A stretch of DNA of 63,989 bases, the filler included, from Sphaeroforma arctica JP610 (lineage: Eukaryota): NCBI RefSeq assembly GCF_001186125.1. It is 4 parts of 2 records of this genome, joined end to end, with 100 filler letters (N's around TTAATTAATTAA, not from the genome) between each part and the next. Parts side by side here need not be neighbours in the genome. Positions count along the whole stretch, not along the records: positions 16,783 to 44,995 come from NW_014040550.1; 3 more parts are not named here. One strand, 5' to 3'. Shown here piece after piece: positions 26,701 through 39,094 of this stretch. The notes beneath the pieces are model-generated. The model was not told the origin of the DNA and made no database searches. It saw only the letters and a program-made list of their open reading frames with translations. Both the position numbers and the translations under genes were made by a program. Numbering within the stretch: position 1 is the first letter of the stretch; the number at the start of each line of letters is the position of its first letter.

Positions 26701-29700
26701 ATACTACGAGCAAAAAAAATCCCGTTTATTCAATAGAAATTCCTATAATAGGGAAGTTCTAAGCTGTTCACGACTCCTGTGTAGAACTTGTGGAATTTTA
26801 CGAGTAGTTAAATTGGAGTATGTACAAATTTATATGATCTGACCATTCAAAGTGCAGTGGCTTTGAGTGAGACTAGGGAGACAGGTAGTGCTGCACTTTC
26901 CGGATAGATACTAGATTTAAACTTAACTATTGTTCGCAAATACTTGCAAGGGTATGACTCGATCTAAGATGTTTAGTGAAACATTCATCTACGCTCCATT
27001 GTCTTACTCAACTGTGCTTGTCAAAATTGAAATACAACTAGACTTATTCAAGCCATTAAACATTGTCATTTCACCATTTGGTTTTATAAACCTCAGGTTC
27101 AGCGCGTCGTTATGGTACTGCAACGCCGACCACTTTCAGAACAGACTGATCAAGCAATTCAATGCAATGGATGGTATAACGGATGTTGTTATCGACATGA
27201 AGTATGTTTCGATGTGCTTGGGCATTTGAGTACTATAAGGCGAGTGTGCTGGCGTGGTTGTATTATAGGGTTTTAGGGTTTCAGCGATTGAGGATGTGAC
27301 AGGTAAAACAGTACGATAATTGAGGCCGGATTGAAGGAGTACTGAATACAGATACCTTTCGGCGTGCCGCAAATGAAGTAAGGTCCGTTGAAGGTCTCGC
27401 GACTACGACACCCAGTGTACAGCATGCTATTTGAGTTATATGGGGTGAACAAATTTTTATAGCTAAGATATACACGCAAACTTGTTGAGCTGTATATCAC
27501 CTCTACCTACTTGCGGTATGTCAGCCATACCTATGTCCGTCCACTTCTGTATGTCTGCCCTTTGCAATGCAGAAGTATATTTGTCTACGTGAGCGCTTTT
27601 TATCTCGTTATCTCTCTGAAACTCTACAAGGAAGTATAAAAAATTGAAAAATGATACAATATCTGCAACACGTGCATACTTCCGCTTTATTTAAGATAGT
27701 ACCATACACGCGTGGGCAAAGACCTCTGCGCAAAAGGTATTTGCCTTCTCAGTTAGAGTTTCTCTATCTCAATATCAACTCCACTACAACCCCTCTCTCC
27801 GCAGTCCAGTCAACAATATGGATCTACAGGGAGGGCTGACCATTTGTACAATGCACAAGTATCTTGAGGCGCGCAAGTGCAGATTACTGCTCGCAGGATG
27901 CAAAGGTCGGTGTACAAGTGTCGTTTTCTCAATATTCAGGTACAATAGTGTCCTTTTACTGTAGGTGCGTATGTGTGCATTTGTACGATGTTCTTATTTG
28001 CAATTGCGGTTTACCGGACGAAACCTTGCGCCCAGTGTGTATATACAATTACCCGTACTAGGTCGCCATCCGTTACAAATCAAGTATACATAAAGAAGGG
28101 ACGTGTATTCCAGAACGTCCATGTAGTTGCGCAGACCTCGGAGACCTCTCTTTTGCACCGATGTTCCATATACACCAACATAGCAGATTGGAAAGCCTAT
28201 TTGTACATGTGAAAGCCAACGTCAGATTCGCCTGTAAATATCGGATGACCGATGTTTATCTATTTTACTATTTTCATGGGACATACCGTTGCGACAGGTC
28301 CTACGCGCGATGTACTGAATAAGGCTGGTTACTTTGCGCTCATTGGCAACTCACAGAGGGTGTTCAGCGCCGTGCATGACGCTGTCATGTATCACAACGA
28401 AGTAAGTTACGTTCACAGACGTTCTATAGTACCATATCAAAATTCACCATCGCAGACATTATTGTTTCGTTCCACCAATCCCCGTGAGGATAGAAAGCAA
28501 ACAAATCGGTACCTCTCTGTGGGCTTTAGCAGCGAATTTATCAATCGATGGCTATCTGAGTCAATTCAACGCCGTAAAGATTTTTTTGCGTCAATGCAGC
28601 TGTGATTATATTTTGCTTTTAGCTTTTTCACCGTTGCTTCTCTGTAAGCAGAGTGTACCTTGATTGTGAGTTCGTTGGCTTCCTTCTGTGAGCTTACCTA
28701 CCAATTAATTAGGAGGTATAGTTGTTCGTTGGAATATACTGTATCATAATTGTGGTTGTTAGCAAATACTAACCATATGAAGTATAGTTGTTCGTTGAAA
28801 GAAACTGACATCATAATTGTGTTTGCTAGTATATGCTGAAATTAATAGGTATAATTTTGTTCGTTGAAATATACTGAAGTTACAATTGTGTTTGTTAGCA
28901 TATACTGACATTAAGAGGTATAGCTGTGTTTGTATAAACTGTTATCGCGCAGGTTCTTTTAATGTATACCGCTCTAAGCATTTCTCCGTATTGACGATGA
29001 TGCATACACTGTCGGTTCTATGTCATAGAATGTATCCTACCGACACGTACGCAATGAAGTACTCGTGTACTTTGTGTCTACATTTGCTTATTGCAGTCAG
29101 TAAGTCATGTCTCGCTACGTACGATACCTCTCATCATTGATATATGTCTCCGCGCATTCAACTAGACGGAAGAGTACAGTCGTGACAATGCTATTGGAGC
29201 CCCCTTGACTGTGAGTCAGGTGCTGGATATGGGCGAGAACTATGGAACACATGTAAGTGTTACATCGTTCTTGTACGTGTTGCATCGTTCTTGTACGTGT
29301 TGCATCGTTCTTGTACGTGTTACATCGTTCTTGTAAGTGTTGCATCGTTCTTGTACGTGTTATATCGTTCTTGTAAGTGTTACATCGTTCTTGTACGTGT
29401 TACATCGTTCTTGTACGTGTTACATCGTTTTTGTAAGTGCTACATCGTTCTTGTACGTGTTACATCGTTCGTGTAAGTGTTACATCGTTCTTGTATGTGT
29501 TGCATCGTTCGTGTAAGTGTTACATCGTTCTTGTATGTGTTACATCGTTCTTGTAAGTGTTACATCGTTCGTGTAAGTGTTACATCGTTCTTGTATGTGT
29601 TACATCGTTCGTGTAGGTGTTACATCGTTCTTGTATGTGTTACATCGTTCTTGTACGTGTTACATCGTTCTTTTAAGTGTTACATCGTTCTTGCATGATG

Positions 29701-31383
29701 CCAAAATCGAATTGAAACACGACTGACCACGGGTATCTTGCTCGATGAAACATCGTACTTTCTCTCTACAAATGGATATAGATTGCGGATTTGAGTTTTA
29801 GCGCAATATCCGAAAACGCATCTGAACCACATTTGAGGAAAAAGAAAAAACAATTGACGGCAATCGTACTAAGTCATATCTATCTGCAGATTCTCTCACG
29901 AGTGGTTCATATCGGATCGCGATTGGTCATTGGTGCCGTTTGCAATACTGTATAATTTGTGACAATCACCTTGGCTTGCTGTATGTTTCCACCACAGCCA
30001 CATGTTGTGCATCACACCCATACAGTCACGCTACCTTGACATAGTTGTAGTATCACCCGGTATTATGCTTGTCCCAGTGTTAAATTACAAGTAATTTATT
30101 GGCGTCTAAAAAACAGAACTACCCAAGCGCTGCAAACAGCAATGGCAGCATTCACAGCGCACCGTTAAACGAGTACGATAACGGCGAATGTGATGTAGGC
30201 GATGCCTTTGTCAACATCGATCTCAATAAGGATGAACTGGAGACTGTTTCACTACCAATAGTAAGTCAGATATTAAGAATATGAGGTCTTGTGTATCTTC
30301 GGAATGTGACAAGGAAATGCCCACTGCATTCGCTTTCGTCTCAATGTGTTCTACTTCAAGTGTTGTGAACACAAGGTATCAATGAGCCATGCGCACAGGG
30401 TCCACTATTTCATTCCAGGGTTCCGTGAATCTTCCCATTTCTATGTTAAATAACAAGTTCGTTAAGGCTGATACAATGAAGTACCTGTGCTATCTAGATA
30501 GCAGCTGTACACGTAATAACTATGTATTGCCATGAAAGCTTCGCTGTGTGCGCGTATGTGCATAATTGTTTTCAGTATATGAGAACGAACATTGGAGAGC
30601 ATCATATGAAATCTCTGGTGGTAGCTTAGTTTTTTGTTGGCTGTGATCTGTGCTTGCTTGTGAAAGCGTGTTGATCAACGGTGTGTAACGGACAAATTGA
30701 CTTCTACTCAGTCGTTCTAGTTTTTTAGGTTACGATTAGTTGGTAATAGACATAGGCCATTTGCAGTCAGATGCCATATCGTAGCGTTCACTACGTATGA
30801 TCTGCGCTGCGGGGTCGTTCCATTGTGTCTGACATCTATCCGGCAGAGTTGTACACTCGATTTCATGAGTTTCTGGAGGCCGTCAGTTTTTCAATTATGT
30901 AGCATCTCGTTAAAAATGCATTTCCATTGACAATGTGATACACTATCAGATAGGAAGGAAAGTTCATACTCCGGGATTCATTTCACAGCTTAATGGATCC
31001 TCTTTGCATCTAGCATTGATTTGAACAAGTTTCTCACAACCAACATTCGTCGTATACCCGCAATCCACCTTTTACAGGGAAAAGGCAAGGCAGCAGCAAG
31101 CGGGAGAAGGTCGTCAAACATGTTTTCAACAAACGCGGACACCGGAGATAAGTTCAAGAGTACCGATCCCAACACTACTGCCGACGATGGCGAGTCTGCG
31201 TTTGGACTCACATTGGGCGGATCTCAGGCCAGTACCACTATCAGATCCACTCACAGCACTCCGTACATAAACTCGAAAGCACATGACACAGCTGGGAGAA
31301 GCTTGGGGAGTTCTGATGGTAGTGACTCTGATAGAAATGCGATTGTAATACCCGATGATGTGATTAAGCGGACGAAAAACTGA
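19932..31383 (+). CDS. SLC26/SulP family anion (sulfate) transporter with STAS domain, multi-exon
   Basis: Spliced exons give [128 protein letters not shown], and [37 protein letters not shown]. Last exon 31078-31383. First coding exon not located. Confidence 0.93.
20236..20770. repeat. Compound (TA)n/(TG)n microsatellite block in SLC26 intron
   Basis: Long alternating TA and TG runs. Similar blocks at 2896-3010, 14235-14349, 15148-15270, 15935-16150, 16610-17270, 40955-41465, 58343-58492, 59320-59400, 59650-59728. Confidence 0.95.
28715..28932. repeat. Degenerate ~66-69-bp tandem repeat x3 plus partial, intronic
   Basis: gtatagttgttcgttg(g/a)aa..actg..tcataattgtg.ttg.tag starts at 28715, 28781, 28848 and 28917. 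Confidence 0.85.
29252..29693. repeat. 20-bp minisatellite x~22 in SLC26 intron
   Basis: Unit tgta(a/c/t/g)gtgtt(a/g)catcgttc(t/g) repeated without spacers. Confidence 0.97.
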
Positions 31384-33175
31384 GTTCTTGCATAGACATT
31401 AAACATAGGCAGAGTTGTGTAAATGTGATCGTATCGGTGCCTCTGTTTAGGACCGCAACACGTGCACGAAAGTGTACGTTCAAGTAGAAATGCGGGAGCG
31501 GTTTCTCGTAAGCAAATACTGCATTGCCGAACAGAATCAACGGAGTTTTAATGCATATCAGCATTCGTCCTGGGACATAACTGCGAAAGCATATGCAAAC
31601 TAGCACGTTTCACCGGACCATGGCTTCGTGAGACGAAACTTGCATTCACGATATATAACTATGACGTGGAGCAAAAACGCCGTTGGTGAATAACTTTCCT
31701 CGAAGCCATCTAGTTAATGGATGTTTAGTGCACTCTGAAGGTAATTGCGAAGTGTATGAAGTGGGAACTGCATAGTCACCGCAGCTACGTGATGCATTCT
31801 AACGATATGGATACACCCAGACAGAGGCGTGTACAATGGACCTCAATTTTATGTAACGAGATCGATTTGGGCGAGTGGCAACCCTTGCGCGATACACTGC
31901 TGTGCCGGTTACACCTCAAGATTGTCCAAGCACGTTACGTGAAAGTAAATTCGTTAATTCGTTAACCTTGAGGAGTGCATTACTCTTCAAAAGACATGAA
32001 ACTAAAAACACTTTTGTGACTATTCTCGTTAAGTTCTGTGAGCGAGAAAATGAGAGTGGCACGTATTGCATTGATTTTGTCTGTGTATGTAATACAACTA
32101 ATTTCGAAGTCAGAAATTTGCAACACAATCTCGTTCTGGCCGAATTTGTATAGAAATATATTTAATTTTGCTGGCATGTTTAATAGATGCGTGTACTTTG
32201 TGAAGACTTGCAGTAAATAGAGCAGTTAAAAGTAATAAAGGTGAACAATGACCAGTCGAAGATATCAACGATACAAATAAAAATGTGCCATATATGACTA
32301 CATAGTATATTATGTGTAAAGACGGTATACTCAAGAAGCCCACTCTAAGTGTTATCGAGCATGACGACGACAGTGTTTCTATAAGCACACGCAAGATGTG
32401 AAATCTCCTTGCCAAGATCAAAATATGCCGGACGATAGCGTGCGTCTTAAAACCTAGCAAGGAATCTTCGAGCACCCGTTTTGAACGCTATCACTTCATT
32501 GCGTGAAAAAATTCTCATATGGTGTGTCTATCATGATATACCTGTCCAGAATCGGAGGGACATGCACAGTTGCGCTGACGCCAGTCGCTGTACTTGTAAT
32601 ATTTTGTTGGTGAATCATCTGCAACGCGTCGAAATTTTAAGTATATCATTATATATATATATCTATATATATATACGTCATACCTTATCATTCCCAGATC
32701 ACCGTTGCTGAGCATCGCGGCAGAGCATTCACAGCTAATCGTCACCCAATCGTACTGGCCGGTGCGGTTTTTGTTTATCGTCTCGAGCTACGAACATGAC
32801 CAATTTGTTCAGCAGATATCCATCGCCTTGAGCTACGAGCATGAACCTTTCGTTCACGGGTACGCTAGACCTCGTCACTATGTGCAATGGCATCCCTGAG
32901 ACACTCACTTCTGCGGTATTGAAACACCTCAAGTGCGCCTTTATGTATTGCTATCTGTGACCGACTAGACCATTCAACTCTTGAAGACTGAGTGGCTTCT
33001 GAGCTTCTTCGTGGCTGTAGTGAGTGCATACTCGATTAACCTCGTAATACGGGCGAATGGGATTCACAATCAATATTTACTTCTGAGTGGACTCTCAGTG
33101 AAGCGCGTATTTTCTTGTAAATAATCGACCATGTGGGCAAAACTAGAATGGACGGGTCCTTTAGCTATTAATTTA

Positions 33176-36100
33176 TTACTTATCGGCGAAAAGATTGTCT
33201 AGCTGAGCAGAAATTAAGTCATATAGCGTAAATACAATAGCGGTATCTAAAGCGACACGACTCAAACGAGGAGTGGCGCCCTTGTACAGTGCACTCCATC
33301 CTTCCTTCTGCACTATTTGTTTGAAACAATCAAACGAGTTCTTGTACTGTTTCGATTCCAGACCTTGCATTCTGTATACAAAATAATAAATGCAAGAAGC
33401 GTTGAGTATTGCGCAATTAAACGAAGGAATGTTCAGGAAACTCATTGTGGCATCGGTTGCACTTATAAGACAATAGTATCGCCCATTAAATGTGTCATGT
33501 GCGATACGAGGGTCCGTACTGAGCAGATGATACCAATGCTAAATAGAGCCACCCACGATCTAGTAACATGCATGACATGGTATAGGGCGGTGATATATCA
33601 TTTTAAACTTATTTCCCACTCAGTATGAACCTTTATGAACCTCCCAAGGGCATTCAAAGGCTTGTAACGCTAGCTACTCCTTCATCGACTAAACAAGGAA
33701 AACAATTCACGTGCGCTCACTATTTATACACGCATTCAATCATACCTGGTTTTGACTACATCTATGGGTGTGTTTCCGTAGACACTGGCGGTTCCAGCAA
33801 CCACACCAGCAGCCATGGTGACACCTACGTGCGGTACAGAAGCGTCTAGTTCTAATTTCGCGCAAAGTGTTTCACGGACACGGTTGTATACTACAAAGCG
33901 GATAGCCTGATTTGAAGCCTGGCGGTGGAGAGAAGTATAGTGAAGGAGATGCGATTAGAACAGACCGAGACTCTGGTGCAGATTAGTGCTCACGAGTATA
34001 TGACAATAGAGACAATTTGATGCATGTCCGGGTGAGTCTGAACTAGTCCAGGTATGCGCTACATGGCTATTATTATGACCAAATACGATCGAATAAGTGA
34101 TGTTGAGTTTAATGCGAAACATACAGCGTGAATCAGTTCTGAAAGTACACTTTCAAGTTTGCGCGAAACTTCACAGACACGCATCCTGGACAGGAAGTCT
34201 ACCACAAGTCTAATACAAAGCACCCCACTACATAGTCACCCATACGGTCCAAATGGGCACGCTTACATGCGTGCGGGACACGTGAGACGATAATAACCGC
34301 ACCAAACCAACTAAGACATACTTGCTTAACGATAGTAGGGCCAACTCCCTTGTAGATACCACTCAGACCCTCTTCCTTGACGATTGTGCTCACGCCGTGA
34401 ATAAGACCCTTGTACCGCGGGTTGGGTAAACTCTGGTCGGCAATGAACTTGACCTTCACGGTCTCCATTGGTGTAACCGCCAACACCGCCTCTGTTGCAC
34501 CGGCCATTAGACCCGCACAGAATGTTCGGCCCACCGTGAGCTTTCCATTCTCGTCTGCGAGGAGAGCCTTTCCTTGCTCGTACGCCGTGAATCGGGACGC
34601 TACTTTGGGGATGGTGCCCACTAGAAGGGGCGTAATACCTTTGTATAGGCCCGAGAAACCTGTGCAGTGCACGAGTCATGAATGTGTGAGCCTATGGAAT
34701 ACACTTGACATGTACCAGCTGCGGGAGATATGAGTGACACACATGTGTGAGCGAACTATGAATGCAGATAGAGCAGTGTATTTGCAGTGTATTATGATTT
34801 AATATCCACCTGTCTCGTGATTGAGGCTTAAACAATAGGGACTCCCTGTGTTCTCCGTTATTACCTGAGCATATACGCTTAGACAGAAAGTGCGATGTAC
34901 AGCAACATAACGGCCAACCCCATTCATTCATAAACTTGTGTCAAAAAGATGAAGACAGCCCCTCATCACGTGTAACGTATGCCACGTGGGACAACAATAT
35001 GGTCTTTCACATTACATGCAATATGGACAATAATAGAGACTCGTGTGGAGTAGACTAGAAACGAAAGCATAAATGTGCCAGAGATGCGTATATCTATTTT
35101 ACTGTAGAAGCTTTGGTATCGAAGATGAATGGTAGAACTATCCTATTGAGCACTAGCATACCTTTATTTTTAATGGTTTGCCTGGCACAGTCGATGGCTC
35201 CTTTATACTTGGGGGTGGCCGATCGCTGATCCAACTGCAATTGAGTCTTGACAAACTCTGTGGGGTATGTCATACAGATCTCAACTCCGCCAGAGATGCC
35301 TCCTGTAGGTATAATCAAAATGTGAGCATTCTGGAATCTATGCGGTGTTCATGAAGCGCAAATCTATGCAATGTTCGTGAAGCTTCATGAAGCGCAATGT
35401 CGATTGCGGTCATAGAACAAATATCGTAAGGGCGAACACTATGTGGACCAGACTGATCTTTCAGGGTTTATTATATTGGCCACCTTTCAGATCGGATTGT
35501 GAGAATCTGTGCAAAAATAATAGAATATCCGTATTTTATCACAATTTGACAAGTGTGCGAAGTAGAGGTTTCATACATTGGAACGCTCTAGAAGACACGA
35601 ACATTCTGTTTCTTTCCAAGATAGTTCACTCTCAGTTGACATTCTACGTGTATTTATGGAAGCGAACCATTTATACTTGCATTCCGTTGTAAATATATGG
35701 AGATGCCAGTACTCAAAATTTAATGAATGGCACTGAACCTTACATGACGTGTATTTACATACATAGAACGAAGAGAAGGCAGTCTCGTCGCGAGCTCGAT
35801 ATTGCTTGCAAATAGATTTCCAAACTTAACTGATAACGTTGCAAGACTGAAAATGATCACAAATAGCCATGATTTGTTCGTGTCCAAGCACACTCTTTAA
35901 CTACCAAGTAACGACGTCGACCACATGTGCTAGCGATCCTGCGACGTACTATTTTATGGTTAAAGTTGTGTATGAAACTGAAGGACACCGAAACGAATTT
36001 GCATACGTCAGAATATACTTGTATTGGTACACACATAGAATCACTCTCATACATATGCTCTATTCGAAGCATTCACTCGTGCATGTACAAAAAAAAGTAC

Positions 36101-36416
36101 GATTTTTATGTAGAATACATTTCAAACCAAACAGTTGTTTTGAAATGCGGCTAGAATTCGAACGTATATTGTTTGATTTATATCATAAACAAGAAGGATT
36201 GTGTAATACACACTATATAATCTCTCCGACTAAAACAAAGTACACTTTCGTACCATTATGAGTACAAATATAAAATTGTGACAAGACTGAAATTATGCAT
36301 TTCCAGGTGGCAATCTTAGCTATGCTAAGGTGTAGCCCATAAAGATACAAAATATACATACCCGAGAGAATACTTTGGAGCGGAGACCGGGTTTTTTTGC
36401 TTTCTGAAGGTGCCAT
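33176..36416 (-). CDS. SLC25A1: Mitochondrial tricarboxylate (citrate) carrier, 5 exons
   Basis: Exons ~36362-36416, 35162-35302, 34322-34659, 33746-33918, 33176-33372 splice in frame: [80 protein letters not shown]. Three Px[DE]xx[KR] carrier signatures matching the citrate carrier. Confidence 0.93.
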
Positions 36417-36443
36417 TTTAATGCAACTGCGATGAACGACTCT

Positions 36444-36507
36444 CAACCTGAAACAACCTGAAACAACCTGAAACAACTTAAAACAACCTAAAATAACCTA
36501 AAACAAC
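36444..36507 (-). repeat. 10-bp tandem repeat x6 just upstream of the SLC25A1 ATG
   Basis: caacctgaaa x3 followed by caacttaaaa, caacctaaaa, taacctaaaa. Confidence 0.9.
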
Positions 36508-36544
36508 GCCGAGGATATGCCGCAAACTTGCCTTGCAACACCAC

Positions 36545-36556
36545 CTATTTATATAG
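36545..36556 (-). promoter_or_regulatory. Candidate TATA box for SLC25A1
   Basis: Minus strand CTATATAAATAG about 130 bp upstream of the ATG, next to GC-rich sequence. Confidence 0.4.
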
Positions 36557-37224
36557 TCTACATACATATCAGGATGGTATAATATAGGGGAGGGGCGCAG
36601 TGCGGCATTCATTCCGCAGTTAGTATGTAGGTCTAAAAAAAATAAACACCACAAAAAAAAATACATATTTATTTATCAGATGGTAATCAAAAGAATCTGT
36701 AAGTGACAGCCACTGCTCACTTTTTTTGTTGCTAATGCCTGACCGGTGCCGCGGGGCGGAAACCCCTATGGCGTGTAACGGGCTATATTTATTTAGTTCC
36801 AGACTTCCAATGTTCCACAAACGACCACGTTGATCGTTGGCCAGAAATCACCTATCCGATGCCGCCGATTGGCCAAGACATGGAATTTCTGAAGGTGCGT
36901 TTCGTATATTCGTAAAAAGCACTGGAGTCCTGGAGTCCTGGACTGATGAGTGGACTCGATTTGGAAATTTCATTTTTGTTTTGTTTTTAAAATCAGAAGC
37001 CCTCTGAAAGTGAAGAAGACTTAAAATTAACAAAATATAGGAGATCGCACTAACGTCCGAACGACGTTGTTTTTGGTTGTTTTTTTGTTATTGTACAAAA
37101 AAAACAAAATAACAAACTAACAGCTACAAAACACAGAAAACGAAATATTAAAAACAAACGGAAACAATAATAAAATTAAATAAACACTGCCCATGCGGCC
37201 ATAAACAACCCCCGAGGGCCCAGA

Positions 37225-37560
37225 CTAGCCTCATTTTAATAGGTTAAACGTCATAACTTTTATTTATCAAAAGTTACCGATAAAAATACAACGTTTATAA
37301 CTGATAGGTACAGTCTGATGGTACTTTATCCAGGTCAAGGTGATGTCAGAATTTTGTCCTGTTGTTTTTGGCGCGCCCATGTATCAATACGTACCCCCAG
37401 AGCGCCCATAATTTCAACGATAGGACAATTTATCGAGTGCACTGTTAAAAAATTTGACAACTGATTTGTCCCAAATAAAAGTTGTAACTTTTATAATATC
37501 ACACGAAGTTATGTATTTATCGATAAAATCAACCGTTTACCTGTGTACGTCTAACTTTAG
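37225..37560 (-). mobile_element. Degenerate CTAACCTCA-family MITE, inverted relative to the 38345 copy
   Basis: Starts CTAGCCTCA. Internal tttgtcccaaata.aagtt.t.actttta matches the reverse complement of the 38345 copy. Flanks ggcccaga/cccccaga (6/8 match). Confidence 0.55.
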
Positions 37561-37806
37561 CCCCCAGAGACCCAGACCCCACTCATCCCAGGGGCGCCCA
37601 GTGCCCAACTGCCCACCACCAGCAAAGTAAAAATTGTATTTGAAATCTGCTATGATACATACTTTTATACTTTATTTTAAGGCAAATCGATGAAAATTTA
37701 GGCCTATGGAGGCTATGGGGGAGAACTATTATAAAACACTTTACTCCGGTAACATATTGATATTTCTTTATATTTGACAGTATTTCCAAATTATGGTATT
37801 TGACTA

Positions 37807-37910
37807 CAGTCAAACCTCTATTATTGTCGACCTCCATTATTGTTTGTACATACCATTTTGTCCAATTTTTGGCCGAAATCGGACCCTGGACAATATTCCA
37901 GGTTTGACTG
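37807..37910. mobile_element. Pogo/Tigger-type miniature inverted-repeat element (~104 bp)
   Basis: TA|CAGTCAAACCTctattattgtc ... gacaatattccAGGTTTGACTG terminal inverted repeats. Confidence 0.7.
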
Positions 37911-38344
37911 GACATCCTAATATTTAAATATGCCTCATACTTTTCAAATCCATGATTTCGATGGTTTTGCTAATCCCAAATTTTGCCACTTTACGACATA
38001 AAAAATATTAAATATTAATCAATATTCGATTTTGTTGTATATTTCTCTTGAGGTCCAAAAGAGTGTAAAATAGCATGACCCTCTCGAGAGAAAGAAGAAA
38101 GAACAAAATATGGCAGATCGGACAAGATGGCCATGAAAATAGACCCTCTTTCTGACTTTGTGAAGAAACTATCGTGTTCTATTTTCAGATTTACTCCATC
38201 TTCATATTTACTCCACTTACTCCAACAAAACCTGCATGATAAAAGACTAAAATCAAAACAATGATTCGTATGTTCTGCCTCCTGGGATCCTGGGTCCTGG
38301 GCCCCTGGCCACGACATAATTTCTTGTGGATTCGGGCATTCGGC

Positions 38345-38676
38345 CTAACCTCATAAAGTTATGGGGTCACTGTATAAACGTTAAACCTTTAACTGTCACT
38401 TTTTGGAATATAAAAGTAATAACTTCTATTTGGGACAAAATGACATATCAGAATTTGGGCCTACAATAAATTTTAGTCAATCAGAAATTTTTAACCTGAC
38501 ACTTGGTAGTTGGCATTTGGTAATTAGTACCTAAAATCAGAACAAAATATATATACTCACTGACCTGAATATTGCACCTATTTATTTTGATAAGGGCTTA
38601 TATAGGTATAAAAGGTGTCCTTTTTAAAACGTAAAAAATCATACAAAAGATATAATTATTATCTTCATGAGGTTAG
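38345..38676 (+). mobile_element. MITE with CTAACCTCA...TGAGGTTAG termini and 8-bp TSD
   Basis: Perfect TSD CATTCGGC at 38337-38344 and 38677-38684. Homologous along its length to 48569-48937. Confidence 0.9.
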
Positions 38677-39094
38677 CATTCGGCCGATCCGCGCATATAT
38701 GCCAACGTTTAACTATGTAAGTCCCAACGGAAGAAATCAAAATATTGAACTACTCGAATATTCAACAGAATTGAGGTCATATTTTGAAATTCCCCAGAAA
38801 TATTGCGCTCCAATATTTACTAGGAAAAAAATATACCTCAAAATTTTGTAGGTCAGTATTTTCCCAATAAATTATTTTTTTTAAAGTTTGCAAATCCGAC
38901 CGTGCAACACTAGTCGCAAATATCCGAATAATAATAAAATCATATCCTTTCTAAAAACAAATTTGGGCTCAAATCCATAGCTGTTCAATTTTCATGCGGC
39001 TATGCCAAATCGAAAATAGAAAATAAAGAAAACAATGAGGAGGATGCGACAATAAATATTTGGAAATTTTAAAAATACATAATGGAATTTAAAT

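Noticed and set aside
29252..29693. CRISPR-like appearance of the 20-bp array (also the 58-bp array at 18819)
   Set aside because: No unique spacers, no cas genes, eukaryotic context.
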